This document shows positions 20,594 through 32,136 of a stretch of DNA of 64,000 bases, piece after piece (position 1 is the stretch's first letter; each line of letters starts with the position of its first letter). A program made the translations under genes and the position numbers. The notes under the pieces were generated by a model, which searched no databases, was not told the DNA's origin, and worked only from the letters and a program-made list of their open reading frames with translations. Source of the DNA: Ascidiella aspersa (taxonomy: Eukaryota); NCBI GenBank assembly GCA_963924565.1, contig OZ004611.1, positions 25,544,001 through 25,608,000 on the forward strand, in the 5' to 3' direction.

Positions 20594-23500
20594 TTAACGG
20601 TCTTGGAATCCAGGCATGGGAAAGCTAAGGGCAAATTTCTCCACTACCTCCCTCAAGTCACTGATCTTGGCAAGAGTAGTAGGGTCGTTTTGGATGAACT
20701 GCTTGAAGTCGGCAACTTTTTCTGCAGAAAATAATTTAAAAGCTCAACATTTAAGGTACAATTATGCAGGCTGGCAGAATCTTGCCAGCCTTCTGGTGAC
20801 AAGCATTTTGGCCCGAATTCTTCGCTTTTTAGTCACGTCTCTAAAGTTAAGTGCTGTGTTCGCCAAACGAACGTATAAACCGCGCCATGTTTAGCGATAA
20901 ACACGGCAATTAGCAAGGAAAATAGTGATCCAAAGAGTGTAAGAAAAAATTAAAAATTAAATTATTTTTAATACAATTTTTTTTTGGGAATCAATTCCTT
21001 TGGTTTTCCGGCTGATTATTTGGCCAACATAGCGCCAAGTCGCCAGCATTCTGCCAGGCTGCATTTATATTTCGGCCTTACCGTATTAGCAAGTAATTAA
21101 ACAAGTAAATTTTATTTGCCACGTATAAGGATAACACAAATAAACCAACTGTCGAACGAACGCAAAGCAAAACTGCTCCATCAACATGGCCGGCACAGCG
21201 ATGGGCGTAAAAAGACCTTAAAGTGTGCCGTTAGGATTTTAGGAATTTATGGCAGAAAAGACACAGGGAAAAAACTATTTTAAGATAATATTGAAAAGGA
21301 ACAAGTTTTAACGAGTAAAATTTTTTATTAGCTTAAATAAAATCAACAAAAATGTAATAGTTTTAAACAGTTCGGAAATTTGGTAAAATATTAATGTTTC
21401 GTATAGGATCTATTGATATTTCTCCATTTCATGAGATCCATAAAGGAACTAGTTCAGTTAAAAAACGAAGACAACTTTATCTTAAAAACGCAGACTACCG
21501 CAGTTTGAATTACATTATCAGTTCTGGTAAAAATCTTAAATTTCAATTCATTTCAGAACTTAGGATGCCGTTTCCGGTGTCACTGCGAGATTCTGATGTT
21601 TTCAAACGATATTGTTTTCGATTTTTGTTTTAAACCTTTTGTAATTTTTGGGTCTGTTTAGAAAATTATTGACTTTTTTGCAAATACCACATCCGTTTAA
21701 CCCAGAGACTGAGCCATGACATCCAAATGGTTTTACATTTACACTGTGATCAGACCTGCTGAAGTAGTACTGACCACAGATTAAGGCACAATCATTAATC
21801 ATAGTATTACACCGGGTACTTTCAAAAAGGCTTTTACTGAAATCTATTGTCTAATCTGTATGTAAGCGCAACAGTCCTATTTGAATCTTACCGCAGGCTG
21901 CGTGTTTGTAGCGTACAAAAATTAGGCCAACTAATTTCGTGTTCAGCCTTTCCTTGGAACGAGAAATACCATTGCTACTTACTTGTGCTCTTTTTGGCTT
22001 CAATCGCAATGTCAATTCCTTGGTTCAGGAAGCCGACGACCTTAATGAAATCAGCTTCTTTGAACTTTCTAGATGTAAGTGCGGGGGCTCCTGAAAAATT
22101 CAAGATATCGATAAATCATCAAAGTGTTTCGCATGAACGTTTTTTCAGGTAAACAACTAGAAAAAAATTGGAATTAAGAGCATTGGCCTGTGAAATATAT
22201 GTAATTACCCTTTTTTCAACCGATTAACTCTGTAAATTTAAAATATCAGATTTATAACAGTTTTTTAATTCCTAACCTCTAATAATAGGATTTAAATTTA
22301 ATTGATATCATATGTAATGCATAATAAACAAATATAAACAATTGTAGTGATCTACTAATAAGAATGAGATAAAAGCTAATACACCAGTTAAATTTTCTAT
22401 TGTCGATGACGCACTTTGTAAAATTAAGAGAAACATTATTGCAACAATTCAAACAAAAAGTGTGTACAACTGCATTTATTCCAAAGCCAGTTCGTTTTAC
22501 GTCGGACTGTTACTTTTGCAACTTTACCAAGTGAAATTAGGAACTCTGCGCCAGGCATTACGCGTTATTCGCTCGCCCAATAACACTTGATTGACAATGA
22601 ATGATTAGGCCAAGGTTATCGCAAAGTAATTGGTTGCCGAAAAAACGCTGACGCCGCACTGTATGGCTACATTTAAAGCACATAACGACCTTTAACCAAA
22701 CTTGCCACTCGCGTATGTGTAATTAGGCGCAACCTCCGGCGGTAAAACGAAGAAACTATATGAGGGATTCGATATTCTACTTTGAACATTCCTACACTAC
22801 AGTGACAAGCCATAGCGACATACATATCATTGTATCAGGAAAATTATTTGATACACTGGTTTCGGTTATACCTTAAAACAGTGTTTTTTAACCGGGGTGC
22901 CATTTTAATGCCATTTTTAATGCTCAAGGGTGCCGAGAGATATTTGAGAATCTAATTTTCGCTCAACTTTTACAACTTTTAGTGTAAGATTAGAGTGGAA
23001 TAAATCCATCTATAACTTCTACGTTGTGTAGAGTTGATGTGTGTTGCTCCAGTTCCATTTATTGCGACATTATACAGTATAGTGAATTACCCACGGAAAA
23101 ATCGCGTAGGGGTGTCTATTTGTTATTTTTGAGGGGTGCCGCTATCCATAAAAGGTTGAGAAACACTTATTTACCGAGACGAAGTCCACCAGGTGTCAAT
23201 GCACTTTTGTCGCCCGGCACACTGTTCTTGTTGACGGTTATGGAAGCAAGTTCGAGAACCTTCTCCACCCTGGCACCGTCGATCTTCTTCGGACGCAAGT
23301 CAAGCAAAACCAAGTGATTGTCAGTTCCGCCTTGAAAACAAGTTTCAGTGTGGATGATTAGGTGAGAAAGCGTTGCGATAAAAAAGTAAAAGTTCCCCTT
23401 TTCTTGTTTTGTACCTTAAACCAACGTTCCACAAACGTTTTTTTGAGACTTCCGCTATTTTGAACCCAATTTTGTTTAGATTTTGTTTTAAACCTTTGGT

Positions 23501-26500
23501 AATTTTTGGGGTCTGTTTAAAAACTTCCACACACATTCAACCCAACAACTCAGCCATGGCATCCACATGACATGGGTATATAGTATATACTGCGATCTAG
23601 CCCTAGTAGGTAGTACTTCTTAGTTTTTGTTTTGCACATTTTCTTGAAAAAGGTTGTTTGCCTTGTGACTAGGGATGCTTGATAATATCGTATCAATAAT
23701 ATTGGAACACATGTGTGTGTACTGTGCATCTTTCATTGGGTATACACTATTATATTTAAGTGGTAGAAAATCCTGAAGAATAAACCTTTCTCCAACACGT
23801 TGTTTAACTTAGTACTGACTTTTGCATTCTTGCGACTAAAAATTAATTTTGGTGAAACGCTTTTACACAATGAACAAATATTCTCTAAAGATATTCATCT
23901 ACCTTGGCTTGTGGCATTGCTTAGGATATTATAATTCAATAAAACATTGTATTCATTTTGTATTCATTAAGATTAGAAATTTATACAAAATTTGTTTCAA
24001 CCTGAAACAAGTGTATGACCGCTGGACACCAGGGCTTCAGCCATTGCGTTTGCGTTCTTCAATGTTTGCACTTGATAGTCGTGAAAGTGAGGGTCTTTTG
24101 TCTAAAAATAGAAAAAATATTAAGAAATGATTAAGTATTACAAGTTAGTAATCAAAATAGCCTTCATATTATTTAAATTATATTGTGGCATAATTGTAAC
24201 CATAGTTTATTAAAAAAGATTGAAAAAATGTAAATATAAATTAATCACAGAAACTACACTAAATTTGTTCTACCTTAACCCTCGAATTATGGTCGGTATT
24301 TAGAACTTCAATGAATAAACGTTTTAAGCGCAAAAAGCAGACAGCATTCAAAAAGCACCTGTTTAAGAGCAACGGCAACGCCAGCAATACAGTGGTTATG
24401 TGGTCCGCCCTGGAGACTGGGGAACACGGCAAAGTTGATGGGATTTTCGAGGTCGTACATTATGTCCTTACCGGTTTTCTTGTTTTGGCTTCTGACACCC
24501 TTCCTATAAAACACAGAAAGATGAGGTTAGGGTAAAACCAAACGCTGGAGTGCAGTGTTATCAGGGTAAGTAAAAGGGCCTATAAAAATATTTACATCAT
24601 ATAATGCTACTTTGCAGTATTATGACAGATGACATACTTTATAAACAAACAAATAAATAGGGCAGAATATAAACTATGTTATATAGTAGGGCTGCAAATA
24701 CCAATGTAGACTTGTATAAGTATAATAGCAAGTTTGGAATTAATAAGTCTGTACATTGCAAATCGAACAAAAGGTAAATTAGTATAGGTTGGAATGTGAA
24801 TTGTTGTGTTATATGATACCCGACGGACTGCTGTATATCCCAGGACTGGGAAGCCGGTTCCCAGAACTCTGGAGCCAAGCATTTTAGCAGCACTTTACGG
24901 CTATTAAAATTTGTGTCACAGATTAGGAAATCTGTTTTAAAAAAGTTTTCAATAAACCACAACAGTAAATACAAAATGTCACAAAAAAATACTGTGTCAA
25001 AGAAATTTTAAAACTAAGGAACTTATTGAAATGTAGCTATACTTGTAGAAAATCAGGCCTGTTCAATGCCCTGGGGAGTATATCAAATTCCTGTTTAGTG
25101 TCCTGTAATGAAGCACCATTACAATGTCTTTTGCAGAATGAAACAATAAGTTTACATAAATTAGTGGCTCTCAACCTTTTCTAACCAGGAACAACCAATG
25201 ACTTTGCACTGTTGCTGCATATCGCATCATTTAAACGAAACTTTTTGCTCAGCAAAAATATCACACCTGCAGCATTTGTTTAAAATCTAAACAGGAGACC
25301 TGAAAGCTGCTCGAGACAACCTAAAAGCCTCCGCATAAAAAATGGGTCAATGTAATCTTTAAAAAACTGGGAAAAACATTAGAATGTAACTCTTACCTGA
25401 AGAAAATCAGACCGGCCCTGGGCCCTCTCAAAGTTTTGTGGGTTGTAGTTGTTACAACATCGCTGTCTTCAAATGGAGAGGGAACAAGGCCAGCAGCCAC
25501 CAAGCCACTGATGTGAGCCATGTCAGAAAATACATAGGCGTTGTGCTGGTCGGCAATCTACAGAGAATGCACATTAAAACACTGTTATGTTGTGAGCATT
25601 AAAAAATAATCCTACAACAACTAATTGTTGTGTATACAAGTCAGTAAGATGCATTACAGACAATGTATAGTTTGTATACACTTAATCTGCAACTAATTGT
25701 TGTGTATTGAAGTCAGTAAGATGCTTTACAGACAATGTATACAACAATTTACTGAACAAGCAAGGTTAAAAACTATCGATGTTTTACACAGTTGGATTTT
25801 TTTACAGATTAGGCCCATTATTTGCAGTTAGATTAAAAATGGACATGATATGTGTAATTTTGGCACTAATTTAGTATACTAAAATTTGGGTAAAACAATA
25901 TATTTACATGTAAATTATCAATCAACTGAAATAATGAGATTGTGGGCCCTGTTTAAAGACTGGTACTTGAATTTTTTACATAAATTAAGCTAGCAAAAGT
26001 TCGCAGTACCACATTTTGCTTATTTGATTTTTCTAAACCGTCATTTCAAAGTTCTACCAACAGTTTTATTTTAATCTTTTTCAGAAATATTCTTTTAGTC
26101 ACTCTTGTCTCACCCTTCTCATTCCCTTGTAGTCAATAAGTCTTGAATAGGCACTGGCTCCGGCAATAATCATCCTAGGACGAAAAAGTTTGGCGGTTGT
26201 CTCCAGCATGTCCATGTCAATGTATCCAGTGGAAGGCTAGAAAAATATTTTTGTAATAAATTACTGATTGAAGATAGCTGGTGACTTGGCGTATGAGTCA
26301 TAAAGTGCAAAGCTTTTTTTGAACAGAAAATAAATGATTTTAAAATGGTCAACAGTACACAATTTAAAATAGTTTGGAAAACTGGGTTTACAACAGCCTT
26401 TTTTTGCACATAATTAAGCCGCACATAAAATAAATTCAAAGTTTTGGAAAAACATAGGTTTTTTACAGACTTTTCAATATGGTCAATATGTGTTTTTTTA

Positions 26501-29113
26501 ATTAATTTAAACACATTTAAAGAAAGTTATTTACAATACAATTAACTTAAGATGATTACCTTTTACAATAGTTGTTAAAAAAAAATCATTATAGAAATAC
26601 TTACATTGAGCCTGTATGGCATTGATTCGAAGTAAATGCTGGTTGATGAAATTCTTTTGTTGTCTGTCATAAAGCCGTGAGTCAAACTATGGTAGAAAAT
26701 TACAAGTGTTTTTTTTTTAATTCCTTGTATATTCATTATTCAAACATTCTATAAGAACATAGTTTTTAACTATATAATGAAAAGAGATGTTTAAATCAAA
26801 GGTCAAAAAATGTTTTTTCTTAGGTTTTTGGAGAATTTGCACAAATGATATGGAGAGTATGGTTGGCATGTGACAAAAGACAACGGTGTGTAATATTATT
26901 CTTTTCTTTGTCAAGCACATATAAATTGTTCAGCACAAGCGAACCCCTCAAATGACCAACTTACTGTCCGCCATCTGGTAAATCCAGTCCCATTACTCTG
27001 TCATGAGGTTTTAGCAGGGCAGTGTATACAGCAAAGTTTGCAGGCGAACCTATGCAAATAAATAAAGCATTTAAACAAAATAGTAGGTTTTGCCACTTCA
27101 ACATACACTGGAGAACAAATCAAATTTTCTAACTAGAATAATAAAATTAGCATTAACAATTTAGAACAATATATAGTCTATATTGTTGTGTAAAAATGGC
27201 TTTAAACATGTATGTATACAGATCAATATTACTTTTACCTTATGTTATACTTTTCATATTAATTAATGCAGGAAAATATTTGCATTTTTGTCAAACCATT
27301 TTTTAATATTTGTAAGTAAAAACAAGATTAGGTCAAAACAAACAAGATACCTGAATAAGGCTGTACATTGCAACCCCAAAGTTCTGGATCCAGGTTAAAT
27401 GCTTCTAACGCTCTAGTTTGACACAGACGCTCAAGGTTGTCCACATTTTCAGTTCCACCATAGTAACGCTGACCTAAGATTGTCATGTTTGGAATATATG
27501 TTTTTGCTATACAAATTTACCATTTAAAATCGATAACAAGATACAAGTATATATTATAGAAAGTAAAAATGAATAACAAACATCTAAAAAACATTGTATT
27601 CTTATTAACAACAAATCTGTTTCTACTAACCTGGGTAACCTTCAGAATACTTGTTTGAAAGACATGTCGACATTGCCTCCAATGCTGCCCGTGAGCAAAA
27701 GTTCTAAACAAACATTGAGTAAAAAGATTTAAAAAAAAATATTAATGACAGCAGATGTTTTCTATATTTTTATCAAACCAACATTAATACATCGATAATG
27801 TTGCTTTTAAAGGTAATACAGCGATGTGATTTTACACTCGCCTATTTGCAATGGGAGTGTAATTTGCTTTACACAGGTGCTAATGTATACCCACTTGCCA
27901 GGCTAGAAAAAATGCTTGTTGTTAACTGACCTACTCCACTTAAAAAATTTGAGTTTAAAACAAATCATGTAAAGCACCAAATGCGGAAAGTCAATTACTG
28001 TATAAACTGGCAACAATACATGCCTAAGCAACTATAAAGGTCAAGTGCTGACTTACTAGTCTGGTAAAGAGCTATGTAAATAGGTATTGTGTAAACATAC
28101 CAAAATAGAATGAAAGCTTAAATCCACCTTTTTAGCTAGTTCTATTTCATCAGAGTGAACTGAATGATGAATAAAAAACTCTTTCTACTGGCGAGTGTAA
28201 ATATTATTTCTTATTTACCATTTACTAATAACTATTTTCTAATTTTACATTTTTTTTTCAATTTCAATCCAAATTTATTTTCTTGATATATTTTAAACAT
28301 TAGATTGTATGTAACTTTTAAAATGTTGCCTTCATGCACTTCAAGTCTTCAACAAATATGTTAAAACTAAAAAAATATTATGAATATTTTTTCTCGGCTG
28401 CATAATACATGCCTATTGTTTTTAAAGCCCATGTGTCAATCTATAAGTACACAATTGAACCTATAAATGATTTGTACAACCATTTTTGACACACAAAGAA
28501 AAAAACTCTCCATTTCAACCCAAATGTTACCTCTGATGCAATAAGCTCTAAGCCTCTACATTGTCTGCTCTTTTCCTCCTTGACAATTTTGAAGATTTCA
28601 GGGTCATCTTCTTCAAGTGACTCACTGCCCATCCATTCCGAAGCTAACCTCTGAATAGAAAAACATCTTTGTTTAAATATATATCATATTAAAAATATTT
28701 TGTCATAACTGAGCTTGTGCAAAATTAGACTAAGTCATAACTTAATCCAAAACTTCTATGCAGATTTTAGTCTTATAAACGAGGACAGAATTATAATGTT
28801 ATTGTGCATAACAATTATGAATAAAAACAAGAGGTTTAATCTCAAATAGCATACAACTTACAAAATTATTTCTTCAAGATAAGTTATCCAAAAAACGGTT
28901 TTGTTTTTTAACGTCCTCGCATTTTATGTTCACGAAAATAACGTTAAGTCCATATTCCTAATTTTAACATGCAAAATAAATATGATTCATTGATAAATTG
29001 AAATTGTTACAAAAATACGCGAAGTAATACAAGCTTTAGCCCACCTTCGATTGATTTGCTACTCTGAACAAATTGTTAGGGCGCGCCAGCAAAGAGCTCC
29101 AAATACGATTCAT
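20594..29113 (-). CDS. SHMT2: Serine hydroxymethyltransferase, mitochondrial type, 13 exons, 490 aa
   Basis: Exons 29113-29045, 28650-28531, 27703-27631, 27473-27351, 27049-26965, 26686-26605, 26236-26114, 25557-25397, 24503-24359, 24101-24002, 23330-23175, 22090-21983 and 20721-20594 total 1473 nt in frame. Motifs include [41 protein letters not shown] (PLP Lys), [18 protein letters not shown] and FPMPGF. Exon 1 ([23 protein letters not shown]) looks like a mitochondrial presequence. Confidence 0.96.
21620..21775. repeat. Dispersed repeat, copy 1 (SHMT2 last intron)
   Basis: TTTTGTTTTAAACCTTT.GTAATTTTTGGG.TCTGTTTA...AGCCATG.CATCCA...GTAGTACT is shared with 23480-23617 in the same orientation. 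Confidence 0.7.
22879..23168. mobile_element. hAT-like MITE (same family as 58353-58653)
   Basis: Termini CAGTGTTTTTTAACC...GGTTGAGAAACACT. Internal sequence (GAGTGGAATAA, TCTACGTTGTGTA.AGTTGATGT) is shared with the RBMX2 intron copy. Confidence 0.75.
23480..23617. repeat. Dispersed repeat, copy 2 (SHMT2 intron 10)
   Basis: Similarity to 21620-21775. Confidence 0.7.
25618..25742. repeat. Two-copy tandem duplication (~72-bp period)
   Basis: CAACTAATTGTTGTGTAT..AAGTCAGTAAGATGC.TTACAGACAATGTATA occurs twice. Confidence 0.85.
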
Positions 29114-31380
29114 GATACAGAATAAGGTGTCGAAAATTGTTCTAAGCGAAGGTACAAAAGCATAAAAAATCACGTCGCCACTTGCTACCAGTTGCACAGT
29201 CGGAAACTTTCCACAGTTGCGGCAATCAAGTGTAAAATTTTCCACGCCGGCCGGTTGCTAAATATACGTTGACAACCCATCGTGGTTGTCGTGCATGAGT
29301 AATCATTCGTGAACGTTGTTTCTTATTCTTTTGACAAATTTATCGTGGCAGTTCTCTTTCTAATTTATAAAATGTAATAACTATGGCCCGCAGAAGTCAA
29401 TAAAGTCGATTTTATTTAAGGACCTCCTTAGTCCACGAATCAAGAATAAAGTTGTTTTCATCACCTAGGGGACTATTTCAAAGAAGTTTATAGACCAAAA
29501 TAAAGTCACAATTTTCAAAAAGTCAACATTTTTCAAATTATTGCTTTTGACAAAGTTTTTGTGTTTCTTTAAAGTAATTTCTGTAAAAATCTTCGTGGAA
29601 GCAATGTAAATCAGGAGCTGCGATACAATTTAACCATATTAATCCACAAAAGCAGAAAATGTGTCAAAATGTTACATTACTTCTTCCCTGTTTAATTTGA
29701 ATTATTAGAATTTACCATGAGGAGAAAATCGAGGCAAAGTGGCCATTCCCAAGGACAAAATAACACAAGCTACCTTTAAATTTATCGCCAAAAAACACGA
29801 CGCACTTTTTATAATCCATAAAACACCTTGACTTTTCGACAAAATATTACGTTTGGGTCTGAAATCGACAAAATTTTGTTTTGGTTACTGGTATTAATTC
29901 AAGGAAGAACTGTGAATAAGCAATTTCGTTATGTTAAAATAAAGTCAAAATTTGATAAAAACAAAGTCAAAACAATTTTTTTAAGGTCAAAATAAAAATG
30001 GCCCTAGTAGTAACACAGAATAGGCCTACCCCTAAAACACCATTTTTAGCATGTGACCGCCTTTCATTTTCAAGGTACCGGTAATTAAGTTTGGTTAGAG
30101 CTAAGTCTCATAAGGTCTCTAAAAATACTCCAATATGTGCATAACTTGTTCGTCTGTTTATTTTTGTTGTCTACTATTGGCATAAAATAAAAAAGTCGGA
30201 ATCTCAATATACTATAACGCCTGATTTATCCATCATCCAATTCGGACTTTTACGCTATTTCACAAAACCAGTAGAACTTTTTCGGATCGCGTACCATAAC
30301 CTAGTAGTGGTGGCATTTTACCGTCGCTCCGTGCAACAGGTTGATAACCACTGTCGAAAATAAATCAGTTGGACCAAACAGTCTCTTTGGTTGGACTGAG
30401 TATATAGGCCTGTTTAGCAACCTATTCAAAACATGTTTTTTTTAAAGCACCGGGAAATAATTATTAGGCTACAGAATAAGATATTTAGGCTGTGGTGTTA
30501 GTTATGTTATTTTTTGGGGGTATAAAACAGCGCACTTTTTTGAGTTAAATTCTCTTCCGGTGCAAGCATTCTGCATTGGAAATATTTTATGCCGTTTAAA
30601 AATAAGTGTCACTTATCAGACAAAGAAGAGAGTTGCAACTAACGGTTGCAGACCAACCAGGATATGACTTGAAAAATAAACAAAATCAAACCTTTGTACT
30701 TTTTATTAGACACAGCGTGAGAAAATTCAAGATATATATTATGTTAAGTCGGCTAACCGCTCAAATCTCGCTGGATGAAGGGCTGCTAACGAAATAAATT
30801 TCCTGAATATAAAGCACTAGCTAAACCACAAATATCGTAGTATTCTATGGTCAAGCCCTTTTCGTAAATAAATACGCCTGGGGACCTCCAGTGACAACTC
30901 ATGTGTGTGTATATTCCTACAGTCGTAGTGTTTGATTAGCTTTTGGAAAATCTGTGTTATGCAATTAGACCTTCTTTAATATATATATATGTATGTTTTT
31001 TTGCCGAAGAAAAGTCAACATCATTTATCATATCAATTTTTTATGTTATGCTTGCACGAATACGTGATTATTTGGTTTAGCCTTCGGGTGGTAGTGGTGA
31101 TAGTATTAAATTTAAATTTATCAGTTTTGCGTAACTTAAATGATTTTTTTGGAAATCGATTCAAATTACTTTGTTGGCTGCGTAAATTAAATAGCCTCAT
31201 GAGGTGCCTATAGGCCATTTGTATGGATTGATAGCTCTTTTACACTTGCACCAGTTAGCAATTATTCTAGGTCGATTTGAACTACTTTGGTTGTTGGGTG
31301 AATAGCCTCAACCATTTTTATTTTATGAGATAATGTTTACATTGTGCCATTTTTTAACTTTACAGAACAATGCATAGGTT

Positions 31381-32005
31381 CCAGATTGGAAACTTTGGAT
31401 ATTGCGCGGGGGAGATGTTTTGCAGTAGAAAAAATGCGCGGCTGAAAATAAAATTTCGACTTGAACTTGCGCGGCTGAAAATAAACCATCAGGCTACCGA
31501 AAGTTGTAAATTGCGAATTTATATTAAACTTACAGCGTTCATAGAATACTTGAATCACTGCGCAATTTTTGGTTGGTGTGCGGGCGCAGTGCGCAGGTAA
31601 ATATTTAAAAAGTTGGATAGTATAGCATTTAAAATGCAATATTACTCGAAATTGCCTAATTTGACGTCACTAAACACGTGACCGTTGTCCACTGATGCGT
31701 GACCAAATCGCCAAACTGTGCGTTTTCAGCGTTTCGCAAGTGATTCTATTTGATGCATTATTGTATATACGTCTTATAAACTAGCGTTAAAAAATGTTAT
31801 GCAACTTCAGTATGCGGCCCGCCAATTTTTTTTGTGCTTGTTAAGTTTCATACAGAAGTTTGCGCGGCTGAAGTTTTGCGCGTTTGCTCGAGTCAGATTT
31901 GCGCGGCTGAACACATTTTCTATAAAATGCGCGGCTGTGACCGCGGCTGAAAGTGCTACTGCGCGGGGGATAAATCCCCCGCGCAGGCCAAACTTTCCAA
32001 CCTGG
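31381..32005. mobile_element. 625-bp MITE with 8-bp TSD immediately upstream of the OSBP-related gene
   Basis: ~30-bp imperfect TIR CCAG(A/G)TTGGAAA.TTTGG..TGCGCGGGGGA. Exact TSD CATAGGTT at 31373-31380 and 32006-32013. Six CGCGGCTG subterminal motifs. Confidence 0.9.
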
Positions 32006-32136
32006 CATAGGTTGATTTAAATGTCCCAGATCTTTGACATATGTTAAGCAGCCAAATTTCTCAGTATAGTATTGAATATCGTAATTACTCCGAATTAACT
32101 AATCAAACTGGTCAAGCAAATCAATCAACTTTAATC

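Noticed and set aside
24525-24533. ACCCTAACC as a telomerase RNA template near the intron hairpins
   Set aside because: It lies downstream of the hairpins on that strand (wrong order) and coincides with the expected CTAAC branch point of exon 9.
28120-28155. CTGATGA followed by a stem on the minus strand
   Set aside because: No GAAA follows the stem and there is no suitable D box, so neither a hammerhead nor a C/D snoRNA is supported.
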